Positions 14,263 to 29,280 of a DNA stretch of 64,000 nt are shown here, piece by piece. The DNA is from Octopus sinensis (lineage: Eukaryota), in contig NC_042997.1 in assembly GCF_006345805.1 (NCBI RefSeq), positions 5,642,001 to 5,706,000 on the forward strand. Reading direction: 5' to 3'. Position numbers and translations under genes: made by a program. The notes under the pieces were generated by a model, which worked only from the letters and a program-made list of their open reading frames with translations, was not told the DNA's origin and ran no database searches. Position 1 is the stretch's first letter, and every line of letters begins with the position of its first letter.

Positions 14263-15019
14263 ATATATATACATATGTATATATATATATATTTATATTT
14301 ATATATATGTATATCTACGTATGATACATAGGTGTAAGCGTATATATTTATATATTGATATAAGTAGTATACACACACACAAACACTCACGCAAATACAC
14401 ACACACTCAAAACACACACACACAAGAGACGTTTGCGATTAAGTTCATAGCTCTGAAATTGATTCTGTTATTATTACTTTTTTTTCTGTAAACATTGATA
14501 CGATTCTATTGACCAAAAGAAGTTGAGATTAGATATAACCGGAACCTAGTCTTTGAATCAGTGAAGAAAAAAATACAGAACATTTGCAGTGAATATGCAT
14601 GGCGTCCATGATATAAAAGAATGAACATTTACCCGAACGGAGGTCAGTCGTAGTGTGAAATTGTCTATGATAGATAAATATATGGATGAAGACAGCAACG
14701 GATATAAGCATATAAATTAAAGGAATCAATATATGACTCTCTTTCTTAGACTGCCTGGAATGTAATCATACGCTAAGACATATATACATACATATATATA
14801 TATATATACATATACACACCTGCATACATACATACACACAAGCACCCACATACACTCACACACATACACACACACACGCATATGACTATACATACATATA
14901 GACATATGTGTATATATACACACGACAAGTGCGTTTATGAATGTATTCATGCAAATATATGTACATATATAAATATGGTTGTCAATCTGACTGGTAATGT
15001 ATTTAACATATAAATAATA

Positions 15020-15062
<43 letters not shown>

Positions 15063-15068
15063 GATAAT

Positions 15069-15099
<31 letters not shown>

Positions 15100-15106
15100 C
15101 CCTATC

Positions 15107-15142
<36 letters not shown>

Positions 15143-16485
15143 TATATATTTGGTATTATGTATGTGTATATATACATATTATACATACACACGCGCGCAA
15201 ACACACAAATACACACCGAATACACACAACATATATATATATATACATATACCCCCACATATTTATAATTGTAGCCATACAGCTGTATAAGCATGCACTT
15301 ACAAGCCTTCTTATTTACTTTTATTGTTGGAACTAACGAAACTGGTGCGCCGCCCTACAAAACTGTGACTTCCGACAAAATTAATATTTATCACTTAACA
15401 TTTTTTTTTGGTGCATTTATATTCATATGTCTAAACTTGGTGCATCAATGATCTATTGGAGTCTGATCTATTTTGCTTATGTATCGACTAAAAGTGATTG
15501 GTTTTGCTTGCATGAGCAATATATCTAAATGTTCTATACACTACAACAAATGGCTGGAACTTCATTCAATTAATTGCACTCATTAAACTTATCCCTAGTA
15601 CACAGGTTTTTTTTTAGTTATAACAATGTTATGTAGTTATACAAAACTACGTGCATGTATTCATCGATAAAGTCTTATGCATGGCACATAGAGACAGTAT
15701 TGCATACGTAGCATCAATAAATATATAACTGCTTTAGGGATATTCAAATATTATATCTACCTTATAAACTCTTACTTCTCCCTCTCCTTCTCACTTTTAC
15801 GATTTTAACTTTTACGGCGACTCGGGCAACGTGGGCTACTAATGGTATTAACTAACGAAAAAATTGTAACAGATTATTTATACTTTTTTACATAGAGATA
15901 TTTTTTTAAAGATAGCTCCTCTGCATTTGTCCTAATGTTATCGTGGAAACGCTTTTGAACTGATCATTCGGTATTTTCCTTGAACTTTTGAGGTATGCTA
16001 TTAACTACCTGCATCTTTTTAATAGTATCACTATTATTTTGAGCACTGTGAATGATTCTCAAACACATTTTTTACAATTTTTAAAATATTCTCACTGTGC
16101 CGCTCAGTTATCTCCTCAGTGTCTTACAGCGTTCATATAAGGTGGATGTGTTCGCTTTCTATTAATTTCTTGGTTAGGTGATTTGAGAAATGTGTTCTGC
16201 GTCTCAGAAGGACATGCATTTCTCTGTGAATTATATCTTATCCATCGTGGCCTATATTTTCAGGATATATTTAATGCATATAGTTTGCATAAGTCACATA
16301 AATTATTAGTTCCATATCATTATTATGTACAGAAAGATTTCCTGACCAGTGATGGTACCATATCCTATATTTAATTGATTTTCATTCAGCTTTGTGAAAA
16401 TATTGGCTCGATAAGAATTTAGTACTTCATACAAGAGCAATCTATTTGTCTGTCTCTCCACATCTCTCTCTATGTATTTATCACA

Positions 16486-16568
<83 letters not shown>

Positions 16569-16600
16569 CATGCGTGATGTGTGTATGTGTGTGTGTGTGC

Positions 16601-16639
<39 letters not shown>

Positions 16640-16649
16640 TATATATATA

Positions 16650-16870
16650 TAATAAATATCGGGTACAGGACATCAGCAACGGTGCAAATAATATGAATTA
16701 CGTAAGAAAACGAGTTAAATACGTAAACAAGGTTTAGAAATGGAAAACAGCACAAGTAGACACAGAGAAAGGTCCCTTCATCCGTTGTCGGCTATCTAAC
16801 TACTAATCATTTCGAGCATTCAACGACTATATGAGTCTTCAATGACAGATGCTCCCAGTGGAGACATACA
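16650..16870 (-). mobile_element. Decayed PLE pseudo-LTR-like tail with HHR-like relic
   Basis: Minus strand reads TTGAAGA-CTCATATAGTCGTTGAATGCTC-GAAA, then a T/G-rich tail ending in (TA)n, the same layout as the tails at 33.8 and 60.1 kb. Confidence 0.35.
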
Positions 16871-17411
16871 AACTGAATGAAATCAAATATGGAGTCTCCT
16901 TAAACCAGAACGAGTGGCAAATAATGAACGCTGTGAGAAAAAAAAATTCATAAGGAGAAAAGATAGAAGAGATATAGAAAAAAAAAACATGACCGTGCAG
17001 GAAAAGAAAGATGGTCACGTGAAGAAAAGAAAGCTGCACGATAGTCACGTGTGGGCAACGAGAGAAGAGAGGAAGAGATAGAGAGAAAAAGAGAAAGAGT
17101 GGAGAGAGAGAGAGAAAGAGATTGTTAGAGACTTCATATCTACAACGTCATTATGATAGTGGGCCATCTCATCAGAGCATGACGAAGAGCTAGTCAATTT
17201 TCTATAGTCAATATTCATATTTTGTTTACCACACATCTGAAGTGTTCAGCTGTTTATTATGACTGGATTGCAAAGACAAAGAGTCTAGAGAAATAAAGAC
17301 AAACAAGAACAGATTGAAAAACATAAATGCCACGAAGATGTACGTCGATTCATCAGTTACAATTATTGGGTAGCTGAAAGACACAATGGGGTTGTGACAG
17401 TATTTTATCAC

Positions 17412-17432
17412 ATCTATCTATCTATATGTCTG

Positions 17433-17529
<97 letters not shown>

Positions 17530-17590
17530 TATCTATCTATCTATCTATATATATATCCATCTATCTATCTATTTATATGTCTGTCTGTCT
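17412..17590. repeat. (TATC)n tetranucleotide microsatellite
   Basis: Directly visible. Confidence 0.97.
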
Positions 17591-17769
17591 ATTTCCATGT
17601 ATATATATATAATATACGAACACGCACGCACAGCCATGCTCACACACATATAGAGAGACGGAGAGAGAAAGGGAGGGAGCATTTAAATACCACATTTATA
17701 TATTCATATATGTTTTTGTGTACCTATATACTTGTATTTTGTAACTTATATGTGATGTGTGTGGAAAAT

Positions 17770-18035
<266 letters not shown>

Positions 18036-19984
18036 TGAGCTGTCCAATGGTTGCTTCATAGCTACGATTAGATTCCATAGCAGATGTCTGCGATCTGAAT
18101 TTTAATCCCATGCTCGCCAATTATTTAATATAATCTTGGGATGGATAAACCTCATGCTAATCCTATAGCTTCTCATATTCCTCCAATTCTTTTTTATTGT
18201 CTGTCTGTGACAGTCTGGGTGAGATACTAGTTGAGGTTAGAAGGTGGAAATGCGTCGCAGGAATAAAAATGTATATAAGATATGCATTATAACGACGTTG
18301 ACCTTAGAATTTGATGCAAGAATTTAAGGATGACGAATGGAAAAAAATTAATAATAATAATAAATTAATATATTTTGTGTCTGCGCGTATCTGTGCTTTT
18401 ATGTATGTATATAGTTGTGCTTCTGTATATGCGTTTGTGCTTGTGTGTGTGTATATGCGTAATTTCAAATTTCCGTAGTAAATACAGCATCGTTTGATAT
18501 ACATTTTTCACCAATTTGAACTTGGACACAGTTACACATAATTTTATACATACATACATACATACATACATACATACATACATACATACATACATACATA
18601 CATACATACATACGTCTGTGTGTTAGAGTGCCTATATTTGTGTGAAATTTCCATAATCAAGAATATGATTTTGAAAGACCTTTATTACTGAGATAACAGT
18701 TTATCATGTTTAGCAATTTGTTCAGTTTCTGAACACATTTCAGTTATCATAACTTCGGAAAAAAATATAATAAAACAATTATTTTTGTCTATATATATTT
18801 TGCTCTTTTGTTTTGTTTTTATATATATTTTCTCAAATTTATCTTCAGATACGTTTATTTTATCTACATTTTTACCCGTTTCTTTAATTTCTTTTATATC
18901 TTTTTCGTTCTGTCATGATGACTGAGCATTCAAATATCTCCTATCAGACTGATAACTTCTTAACTATTACCGTCCTCGTCAACACCAACATTATCAACTT
19001 CATCTTTATTATCAATTTCATTCAACATCATCGTCACCATTGTTTTTCATCGCTCCCATATTTTTTTCCGTGTTGACAAACTACACAACGACCTCCTCCC
19101 CCTACTCATCATCATTATCATCATCGCAATCATTACTACCACCATCACCACCAACACCACCGCCGCCGCCGCCAATCCCCAACACCACCACCACCAACAA
19201 CAACAACAACAAGCACCCCCATCATCATCATCATTGACAACAACACTCCCAGGTGTTTTATTTTTTTCGTGTATTTTTTGTGAAGTTGATAGTATTCTTT
19301 GAGATTACTTTATAATGCGAAGAACCCGAACATTTACCAGTAATGAACGCGGCGTGGAAATTACTTGATTGTATTATATATCTTACACCTCTTGGGAAGA
19401 TTGTATCAAACGTTATATTTATTTGGCAGCAGTTGTTTTATTACATTTCAAAGTTTTGTTTTGGTTGTTATTGTTGATATGTGTTGGTTTACGAAATTAT
19501 TGTATTGTGAGGGATATTACATTCTGACAGTGAGTACATATGACAATATGATATATGTATGTGCGTGTGTGTGTGTTTCTGTGTGTGTTTATTACTTTAT
19601 TTTGTTTTCGTTTCACTGCTAAGAAAAATATTTCTTTAATCAGATATATTTTATTTATTTCGAAAATTATATTCACAAAATTTACCTTTAAACTCACATG
19701 AAGTTGAATTAGACCTGCTATAAGTAACTAACCAATTATTTCGTAGAAATATAAATAACATATTTTAAAAAGAAGAAATACAAATAAACTAATAGATAAA
19801 CAATTTATTCATTAGCCTATGTAATCACATTGTAGAAAGGCTAATTGTGTAGCATCTTTTCTGTAATTAAAGGTCAACCGAAGCATCGTGCGTCACTCGG
19901 TTCTCGTCAATATATTTCACTCTTTGCTTTACAAATTCGTGTTTATATTTGTTTTAAATGTTGGCGCATGACCAGCAAGTTAAT

Positions 19985-20108
19985 GGAAGAGACTAAATTC
20001 GATTACATCAACCACACTGCTTAACTGGTACTTATTTTATCGATAACGAAATGATGAAAGGAAAAGTCAAACTTGGCCGAATTTGAAGTAAAGTGGATGG
20101 AATTTCAA
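19985..20108 (-). mobile_element. Family B SINE core fragment
   Basis: TCGATTACATCAACC...AACTGGTACTTATTTTATCGA...GATGAAAGGAAAAGTC...GAATTTGAA. Confidence 0.7.
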
Positions 20109-20109
20109 C

Positions 20110-20500
20110 TCTATGTATAAAGCTGAAGTTGTATGTGTGTGGCAGGTTTGGTAGCCTTCAACTAACACTATCTCCTCCGAGACCCTGCGGCGCAAGTTGA
20201 CCAAAATTGAGTGTATGAGAGAAGAAAGCTTGCTCCTTATTCCGTAGAAGATGAAATTCAAATCGCACCATGTTAAGACCAAAAATTATTTACATTAATA
20301 AGCTGTTTTTTTCTATGAAAATCCATATTTATTACGATGTTTTGACTGGTGTGTCGCCATTTTTCGGAGTTATTTCAACCAGAAAAATGTTCAAATGTTC
20401 ACTTAAAGCGAATAACATGCTACATAATGCAAAATTTTTACTGTTCAAAAATTCCAATTCTAAAGGGTCGAAACAAACCCGAGCAACGCCGGGTACACGT
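20110..20500 (-). mobile_element. Possible non-autonomous Helitron/Helentron-type (HINE/DINE-like) element
   Basis: GC-rich short hairpin CCCGAGCAACGCCGGG (20478-20493) at one end. At the other end the minus strand reads CCACACACATACAACTTCAGCTTTATACATAG, resembling DINE/HINE microsatellite plus terminus. Recognised by pattern only. Confidence 0.4.
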
Positions 20501-22201
20501 AATACCAGAAGAAATGCTGCGAATTGTTCCTGGCACGCTAACGATTATGCCGGTCCGCCGTGTTAATTCTTGCTTATATTGTTTCGCTAAGATGTTCACA
20601 GATTGTTTTTCATTCTCAGTAACATCTGCAGAAGATGTGAGGCGTGCGTTAGATAATAATTTCCTCTGTTGAATATAGCGGTGTTTATCATAGACATTGC
20701 GAAGGTTATTCAGAAAAAAATATTTTAGCAATGGAAAATGATTGCAGAGCAATGTAGCACCATTTGAAAATAACTTTAGAAATGTACGATTTCATTTTCA
20801 AGACGTTCGCTATTGTATATTGTATAAGAAGTGGATTGACTCACGTGACAGATGGTGGAAGATCGGAAATCTTTGCATAGATTTAAAGTAAATATTAGCA
20901 TAAGCTCTAACGTAATACTTATAAAACTGTAAGCAAAAAATATGCGGCAGAACTATGAATACGGAATGACTGTAAATGCTCCAGGAATGACCATATCAAT
21001 ATCAAGAAAAACGCCGAGAGTAGTAGCAGCAGCCAGACAATCATCCCACTTCCAACTAAAGTAAAATATAGAAATCTAATATTCTTTGAAAGGAAAGAAA
21101 ATTAACACATAATATGGTAATAGAATATCTAGTCTATGTTGTTTTTCCTGAGGTATAATGTAGCTTTCTCATGAAAAATATTTATAATGGAATAATTACA
21201 AATCTTCCACGTTACACATTTTCACTACTATAGTAGATGGAATGGTATTGTATCCTCAAATATTCCCGTGAATTCCATGTGAAATGAGTTCCTTCATATA
21301 AATTCTGCAAATGTGTTACCAAAGATGATAAGGCGACTGTCACAATTACCTAATACTGATTTATATCATAGTCACACGCCCCCAAGTTTCTTTGACTGGT
21401 AAAGCAGTAACATCAGCTCAATACATATTTAAACAAACTTATAATGAGCTGAAGCAGAGTCAAAAATCAGTAGAGTAGGATTTGGAATTATAAAGTAAAG
21501 GCGCGTAAGTATATACCGTAAATCCACCGATCGAAATATTTAATATATGCTGCAACACACCACTCTAATAGACCCCGAAACGGAAGAGAAGAAAATAACT
21601 ATTGTATTTCAAAGTATTAGCAGACATTATTTTATGTGTATATTTGTAATTCATATGTATATTTTCCATAAAATTATTCACATCAATAAAAATAAAGAGA
21701 AGAGATATAGGAGACAGACGTAACAAAAGACGACACCACAGCAATATTGTTGCGTTTCTATGAATATTTCAAATATTGTAGACCGTTTATAGACATATTC
21801 TTGACCTCAATGTCAATAATTCTAATTCTGGAAGAATCATTAGGGCGGCGGGAGAATGTATGAAAATATTAGTTGCGACTCTTTGACTGCTGTGTTCAAA
21901 TTCCAATGAGACTAAATTTGCAATTTAATTCTACGGAATTAAATACTAGATTTAATCGATTGATAAAGAAAAAGGTACAGTGTTTGCATCGTAAGGTGGA
22001 GCGTATATCCATACGAATCGTGAGATTCTGTCGTGGAAACCCAGCGATATATAAACCGATAATACTTGGAGTTTCTTCATTCATATCAATAATAACCATC
22101 TAAATATTCTAAATTACGGAGAACAGAACACATGCATCATGACATACAGAAGGAATTGAATACACTAAATTCTAAGTAAACAGAATATAAGTTCATTTTA
22201 G

Positions 22202-22283
22202 GAATTACAACGTTAGCCAGGTTGGAAGACAAGATCTCCAATGAGGGCATAGTGCCTATCTCTAAGTTGCACCAAATCCTAAG
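22202..22283 (+). other. Candidate isolated 82-nt exon (unverified)
   Basis: TTCATTTTAG acceptor and AAG|GTAATA donor; one open frame, (G)ITTLARLEDKISNEGIVPISKLHQIL. Peptide not recognised and could be chance. Confidence 0.15.
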
Positions 22284-23134
22284 GTAATACAAAGTTACTT
22301 AATTATATAATGTAATAGATTAAGGAGAAAATAAATAAACAAGCTATGAAAATGTACACAAAATACTTTGAACAACATCTCTGTCCCATTCATATCATTT
22401 CATAATGTATACACACATATATGTATATATAATTGTGTGTGTGCATGCATATGACTTTCACCTTCTCTATACATGTCACTTGATTACAAATTTATACGCG
22501 CGGGCACACACACACACACACACACACATTAGAATACTTCCATGCCACCCACACATCAATATTAGAAAACAACTCGATTGAAATTTAGTAAAATTGGTAA
22601 TAATTTCTGGAAAATTATTCTAAATATAATCACTATTTTTGTTTTATTTCTCTTGAAAAATAGATGCATTCCTGTTTCCTAGATCCCATCTTTCTGCAAT
22701 TAAGAATTCCCTATTTATAATTCTTCATCTCATTGTGTCTATTTCACTTATTATAAGTTATGCGTTTCTATTTATATTGTACAAAAATATTATTTTCCTT
22801 CATTACTTCCTGACTGAATTTTCTTATTTTATTTGTAGTTTTCCCTAGATGTATATATTTGTAAAATTCTCAATATATGCCTCTTACACGCTTCCTCTTC
22901 CCCACTATATGCTCGTACGTATATTTATGATTTATTTTTCTTTTTTAGTGCCAGTGCAAGGAGTGCAGCCATTCTGGGTGCACTGCTGTTTACTTTGCTA
23001 CACTTTCGCTAAACCTTCTATGATATGTGACTTTTAGTGGTTGTGGGAGATTGACGTTGTGGCCCTCAGCGGTGATTCTTGCTTTGATATAGATTCATAT
23101 ACATGTATGTGATTGTGTGGGTCTATATACATAT

Positions 23135-23234
<100 letters not shown>

Positions 23235-23374
23235 TATATATGTATATATACAGTGTATATATACATATATATTTTATGTATACATATACATTTTTTTTTA
23301 TATATATATATATATATAGTATATACATACATATATACATATGCATGAGGTGAAGCAATAGGCAGTCTAAAACA

Positions 23375-24100
23375 AAATGTAACTAATTGAGGTAAAATTT
23401 GAGCTGATGCAATTTGGAAGAAAGACTATACTAAAACAGCCATACTCTGTTCCTTCAGGGGAAACGCTCACAATATGTAATAGCACCAGAAACCAAGGAG
23501 TAATTGTTGATGACGATCTCAGTTGGAGTGCCCACATCAACAATAAGTTCGATATAGCTCGTAGAATGAGCTCCTGGATCTTAAGATCTTTCTGGTCCAG
23601 AGAAAAAGTTATCATCATTCCACTTTTCTTCCCCTTTGTACGGTCAAACCTCGAATACTGCTGACCCCTGCTGACTCTCCATACAAAACATCTCGAAAAT
23701 TGTAACACCCTAGATGGCATTCACTAAACGAATTAAGGTCAAAACTAATCTAGGATTACTGAGACCGCCTTAAAGCGTTGAAACTCTACTCTCTCCAGCG
23801 TCGCCGTGAGCAGTACATCATTTGCACGATGTGGAGAATATACCGGCAGCATTGCCCAAACGACCTGAACATTAGTTTCATGGTTCATCCAAGGCTAATA
23901 CTACCGTCCATACGTCCCCTGCCAAAATTAGGATCACAACATACGTGTACACTGCAACACAAATCTTTTCCTCAACTGATTCTGCCCTATTTATCATTGT
24001 CCTACAACTGGTCAAAGAGGAAAAGGATCCAATCATCTTTAAACAGAATCTGGACAAATTTCTTCAAGGAATAGCAGATAAGCCAAATATAGTTGGATAC
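23375..24100 (+). pseudogene. CR1/L2-group non-LTR retrotransposon RT C-terminal relic
   Basis: Broken frames give RNQGVIVDDDLSWSAHIN, ARRMSSWILRSFWSR, VRSNLEYC, LKALKLYSLQRRRE and FKQNLDKFLQGIADKP, typical of the CR1/L2-group ORF2 C-terminus. Confidence 0.85.
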
Positions 24101-24129
24101 TGGTTAGCACTGCATTATACCAATGATAT

Positions 24130-24360
24130 CATCTTCTTCATTTCAGATAAGTACCCAGCTTGGATTTCATGGGACCACTCGTTTTAAAATCCTGCTAAGG
24201 AACCTAAGAGATCTGCAATGTGTAGATGTGAAAACGCTCAAAAATCACATGAACGATTTTCTATCGGAAATCACATATGAGACCACATCGCGGCAGGAGG
24301 CACAAAGAAGAGCTGCTTCACCTACTTTTTTCAACCATTTGAATATGGCCATTCTGGAGC
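24130..24360 (+). pseudogene. Second CR1/L2-group 3' end fragment (different subfamily)
   Basis: LGFHGTTRFKILLRNLRDLQCVDVKTLKNHMNDFLSEITYETTSRQEAQRRAAS parallels the G-x-x-x-FN-xLP-xxLR...FK-xx-LD-xFL...RRAA terminal motif series. Confidence 0.7.
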
Positions 24361-24374
24361 ACCATCATAAAGAG

Positions 24375-24682
24375 TTATATTCGATAAAACCGACCCCATG
24401 ATTTATGCTTTGAAAGCCTAGTACTTATTCTAACGTCTATCTTGCCGAACTGCTAAGTTAAGGGCACATAAACACACCAGCATCGGTTGTCAAGTGATGA
24501 TTGGGGGACAAACACAGATACACATAAATATATGCATTTACCTCTGTCTCTATATACGACAGGCTACTTTTAGAGTTTTGGTCGGCCTGAGGATGTAGTA
24601 GAAGACATGTGCAAAAAGCGCCACACAGTGGAACTGAACCCGGAGTCATGTGGTTGGGAAGCTAGCTTCTTACTGCGCAGCC
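24375..24682 (-). mobile_element. tRNA-derived SINE, family A, partially deleted
   Basis: AAGCCTAGTACTTATTCTA...CACACCAGCATCGGTTGTCAAG...GGAACTGAACCCGG...ATGTGGTTGGGAAGC; collinear with 51674-52105. Confidence 0.85.
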
Positions 24683-24759
24683 GTGAATGTATGCATATAA
24701 TTGTATGTATTTATGTTTGCATGTATGTATGTATGCATGTATATCTCTCTCTCTCTCTC

Positions 24760-24795
<36 letters not shown>

Positions 24796-24823
24796 CATAT
24801 ACACACACACACATATACTTAAG

Positions 24824-24856
<33 letters not shown>

Positions 24857-24882
24857 ATATATATATATATGTATATATACAG

Positions 24883-24954
<72 letters not shown>

Positions 24955-25393
24955 CACACACACAAACACACACGCACACATTAAGTTAGCTTTCATTCTA
25001 TTTCGACTATCTTTTGTTTACTCTGTTCCTTTCTCTCATTTTTCGGTCAATTACATGCATAATATTTTTAGAAGATATTGAGCAATTTTTATCTAATTAT
25101 TCTCGTTTTTCTGCAAAAACTGTATGCTCTAATATAAACATACATGCATTCATTGGAACGTATACATAAAAAATTAGCGACAACCACAATGCACACGTGA
25201 AGCATTATAATGTACATTAAGATATATCAATCTATGTATTTTTGGCGTTTGTCAATTCACAATCCAAATTCCCATTTTGGACGACATCCATGACGTAACT
25301 TCAACTAAGAAAATGAAATATAGCTAATTCATATTCAAGATATTTATTTTTAATCCGAAAATTAGCTCAATTTTTAATTATCTGCCCATCTGC

Positions 25394-25394
<1 letters not shown>

Positions 25395-25479
<85 letters not shown>

Positions 25480-25560
25480 GTCTATCTATCTATATATCTA
25501 TCTATTTATCTATCTATCGATCGATCTATCTTCATATATCCATCTATCTCTAGCTATCTA
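25395..25560. repeat. (TATC)n microsatellite
   Basis: Directly visible. Confidence 0.97.
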
Positions 25561-25564
25561 CCTG

Positions 25565-25668
<104 letters not shown>

Positions 25669-26989
25669 CATAAATACATACATACACATATATAACATTT
25701 GCTTGTCGTTGGTTTATATTCGTATTACTTTCTTATCTTCATTTGTTTCACTCACAACTCAATTCGCGTAACGTTCTGCGACGAAATGAGTTGACAAATC
25801 AGTCAATATCGATACATTGAAATCTATACAATAGACCTCTTTCACACTTAGAAATAAGCTTCCACATATTTCTTAAACAATAAACAAATTTACAGTATAT
25901 TGAAAGGATAATTGTTAGATGAATATACTATTGGTAAATATCGATAGCATCATCAAACAATTATAGAAAAAAACTTAACCTCCATAATTGTCTTTGCCCA
26001 TAAATGGATTCGAAAACGAAGGATAGACGAACAGTCTTATAATACCCGTCATTTAAGTGAATGACGGTACAGTATTACTTCCACACATGCACCTACACAC
26101 ACAGACAAACAGACATAAATATGAAATTAGATTCCACATTATCATATATACATACATGGCTCTTACTCATTCATATTCATATTCATATTGCGACCTCTCA
26201 CTGTCTCTCTTTCTTACCTACCTACCTACATATATATATATGTGTATGTTTGTGTGAGCCTGTGTGTGTGCGCGCGGGCGTATATTTGTGCTGAAAATTC
26301 AATAGACAAAAAAAAAACCGGGATGGTACGATATTTATTCTTTTTAGTTGATCGGATAAACAAAAATAGACGCGCGTTGATATCTTTCTTGAATTAATGA
26401 GTAACAGGGAATTAGATGCGTCTCCTAGGACGACGGAGTCGTAGTAGTCCACGTCGGGACATGAGGATTCCAAATGAATATAGTTGATATGTACATTATG
26501 AAATGAAGCTTAATTTTCTATGAAATAGTCCTAGAAATTACTTGGATTTAGGAACGTTATATCAATCTTAAGAAAACTTTGGGCTGAGAGTTACTTACTT
26601 GCAAATAAATGTGTTAACATGTGACATTATTACCGTGATCTTTTCGTAGGCTTTTCTTTCCAGGGATAAACCTTATCTGCTTCCCCCTTTAAACTTTACA
26701 TCATGATATTTCTGTGATATACGATCCCTATTTTCTCTCTCTTTTTACGATCCTTTTTGATCGAAAACCTACCACCATTTTATTTTATATTTTTCTTTTT
26801 TCTTTTTTTCTCCCCCAAAATAAAAGCTCTACTTTGTCATTTGTCTCTTCTGTGTTCAGCCCTGTGTGGCTAATAAAGAAACTTATCTATCTGTCTGCTT
26901 ATCTATCTATCTATCGATCTATCTATCTGTCTTTGAGAGTCTGTCCGGACGTATGCCCTTCCACAGCACCCTCCCTCCAATATGAGAGT

Positions 26990-27089
26990 TTCTCACGAGG
27001 TAAGTATCACAGTAAAGTTTGCTCTAACAGAATATCCACGCTTCAGTGCAGATAAATATTACCTCTCTATATTAATACTGCCTTTGTCG

Positions 27090-27138
<49 letters not shown>

Positions 27139-27495
27139 TATTAACACGCACGCTGTCGAATCGTGACACCAGTGCCTGTTTTGGCACTTTTTTCTATATA
27201 TCGCTGACGTGGGACGTGAGTCACTGCTATCTCTCACGGTAGTGCGGGAATCATTATTGAGAGCTAGGAATATCTAAACCACGAGAGCTGGTGGACAGGG
27301 CACTGGAGATGGAAGGGATTTATCTCACCGCTAACGATAAAAGCAATAGTGCATTCTGGACCAAAAGCCTATACGAGGTTTTTCTCTCAGGGTATCAACC
27401 GCAGAAAAGTCTGTTCTAACAGAACATCCAGGATTGAGTGGGGATAAATATTACCTCTCACTATTATCACTGCTTTCTTTGCTAATATATATTAT
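26990..27495. repeat. Two copies of a dispersed ~110-bp repeat (probable DNA-transposon/MITE piece)
   Basis: TCTAACAGAAYATCCA...GATAAATATTACCTCTC...GCTAATATATAT at about 26990-27095 and 27375-27495; related TCTGTTCTAACAGAACATG...GGGGATAAACATTA at about 43715-43790. Confidence 0.6.
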
Positions 27496-28223
27496 CCTTT
27501 ACGTTTTGCGGATATATATGATCCCTAATATCGAGATCGTTTGTAGCATATGAATTAAGGATTTATATACTCTTCCCATGATTCCATGTTTAGCTATACT
27601 TTGCTCCAGACACGTTGGCATGTATCCAGTTGCTGCAATGATAGTAGGTATGAAACTTAATGTGTAGCTTGGGTACTAGATTTGCAAACTACTTACCAGG
27701 GTACATAGATGTCATCTTTGTCATGTATTTTCTAACTACATTAGTGTCTATTTACGTATGTACACATGCATGTACAGTAAATATTTGCGATGAGTATTTA
27801 AATTAATAACTGACAGTACGCAGAAAACACAGATTTTCCTTAAATAAAACTATAATAAAAAGGGGCAAAACTATTATAAAGAACGTAACTGTTTACGGAT
27901 TTCAAAAAAGATCAAGGTCACACTCTGTAGAGGCTACGCTTTGTAATCATACCTACATAATACCATTGCACAACACTTTCATTTTCCATCATTTAAATAT
28001 TTTTACATAATATTGTGCTTCCGTTAAAGTACACACTCTCTCGTTTCCTTTGAACCTTGATTAAAGGACGTCAGATATTTTATTTAATTCTCATCATTAT
28101 TAAATTCTATCATTTAAACACTTTGCCGGTTATTTATATTTGCTGTTTTAATTATTACTCTAAATACATATGCAAATACACATACGCACACACACATAAC
28201 CACACGCATGTACATATGCATAC

Positions 28224-28254
<31 letters not shown>

Positions 28255-28920
28255 AGTGGTTTATGTGTGTCAGTATGCATACATATACATATAGATACAT
28301 GCAAACTTACGTGTATAATCGTGTATAAATATATAAATGTATATAAACATATATACACGTACATCATATTTATATATCCAACTATATATATATATATGTA
28401 TACATATATAGATATATATATATAGTGTGTTGTGTGTGGTGTGTGTGTGTGTGAGTGTGAGAGTGTGCGTGTGCATATATATATGTGTGTGTGTATATAT
28501 ATATGTGTGTGTGTGTGTGAGTGTGAGAGTGTGTGTGTGTATGTATATATATATGTGTGTGTATATATGTGTGTGTGTGTGTGTGTATATAATGTTGGTT
28601 ATATATCCCTGAATTCTGTGGACATAATGACTGTGATATGCATTTTCTTTTCTCTTTATATACGTGAAGATGTATCCACAAATATCACTTAAAGTTGAAC
28701 GGAGGAGAAGGAAAGTGTAAATGAATACATGTACACATTGACAGCCAAATTAACGAAAGAATAAGCCAGAAACAAAATCTCAATTCTTTTGAAATATAAA
28801 TCCACATGAGTATGTGTGCGTAATGATACTCTATCCTTCTCTCTGTCTCGCTGTCTCTCACATCGTTTCTGTCTCTATTTCTCTATTTTTCTGTGCATAC
28901 ATACATAATCCCACAAATAC

Positions 28921-29030
28921 GTGTATGTATGTATGTATGTATGTATGTATGTATGTATGTATGTATGTATGTATGTATGTATGCATGTATGTATGTATGT
29001 ATGTATGTATGTATGAATGTATGTATGTAT
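28921..29030. repeat. (TATG)n microsatellite
   Basis: Directly visible. Confidence 0.97.
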
Positions 29031-29280
29031 ATGATGAAGACTTCGCCGCGGTAAATAATAATTTTTATTTACTACAAGTCAGAAACCATGGCCCGGGAAT
29101 TAGATGGTAAATATTTCTATTTTTCATTCCCTTCGAGAATGTATCCCTAATTTGTGGTTTGGACTTTAACTGTTCTTTCTAGGGTAATGGAATCCTATGA
29201 TGGAAGCCTCTTAATGTGTTTTAATGTACACTGTATTATATATATATATATATATACATATATACATATATACATACGTT

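Noticed and set aside
17140-17190. Minus-strand CTGATGA followed by a GATGG/CTATC stem
   Set aside because: No GAAA after the stem, so not a hammerhead.
20845-21055. Minus-strand exon-like interval (TTTACTTTAG acceptor, GTGAGT donor) with a single in-frame TAG that A-to-I editing could in principle recode to Trp
   Set aside because: Peptide not recognised, weak donor context, and one-stop 70-codon frames are expected by chance in 64 kb. It would need RNA-seq junctions and editing evidence.
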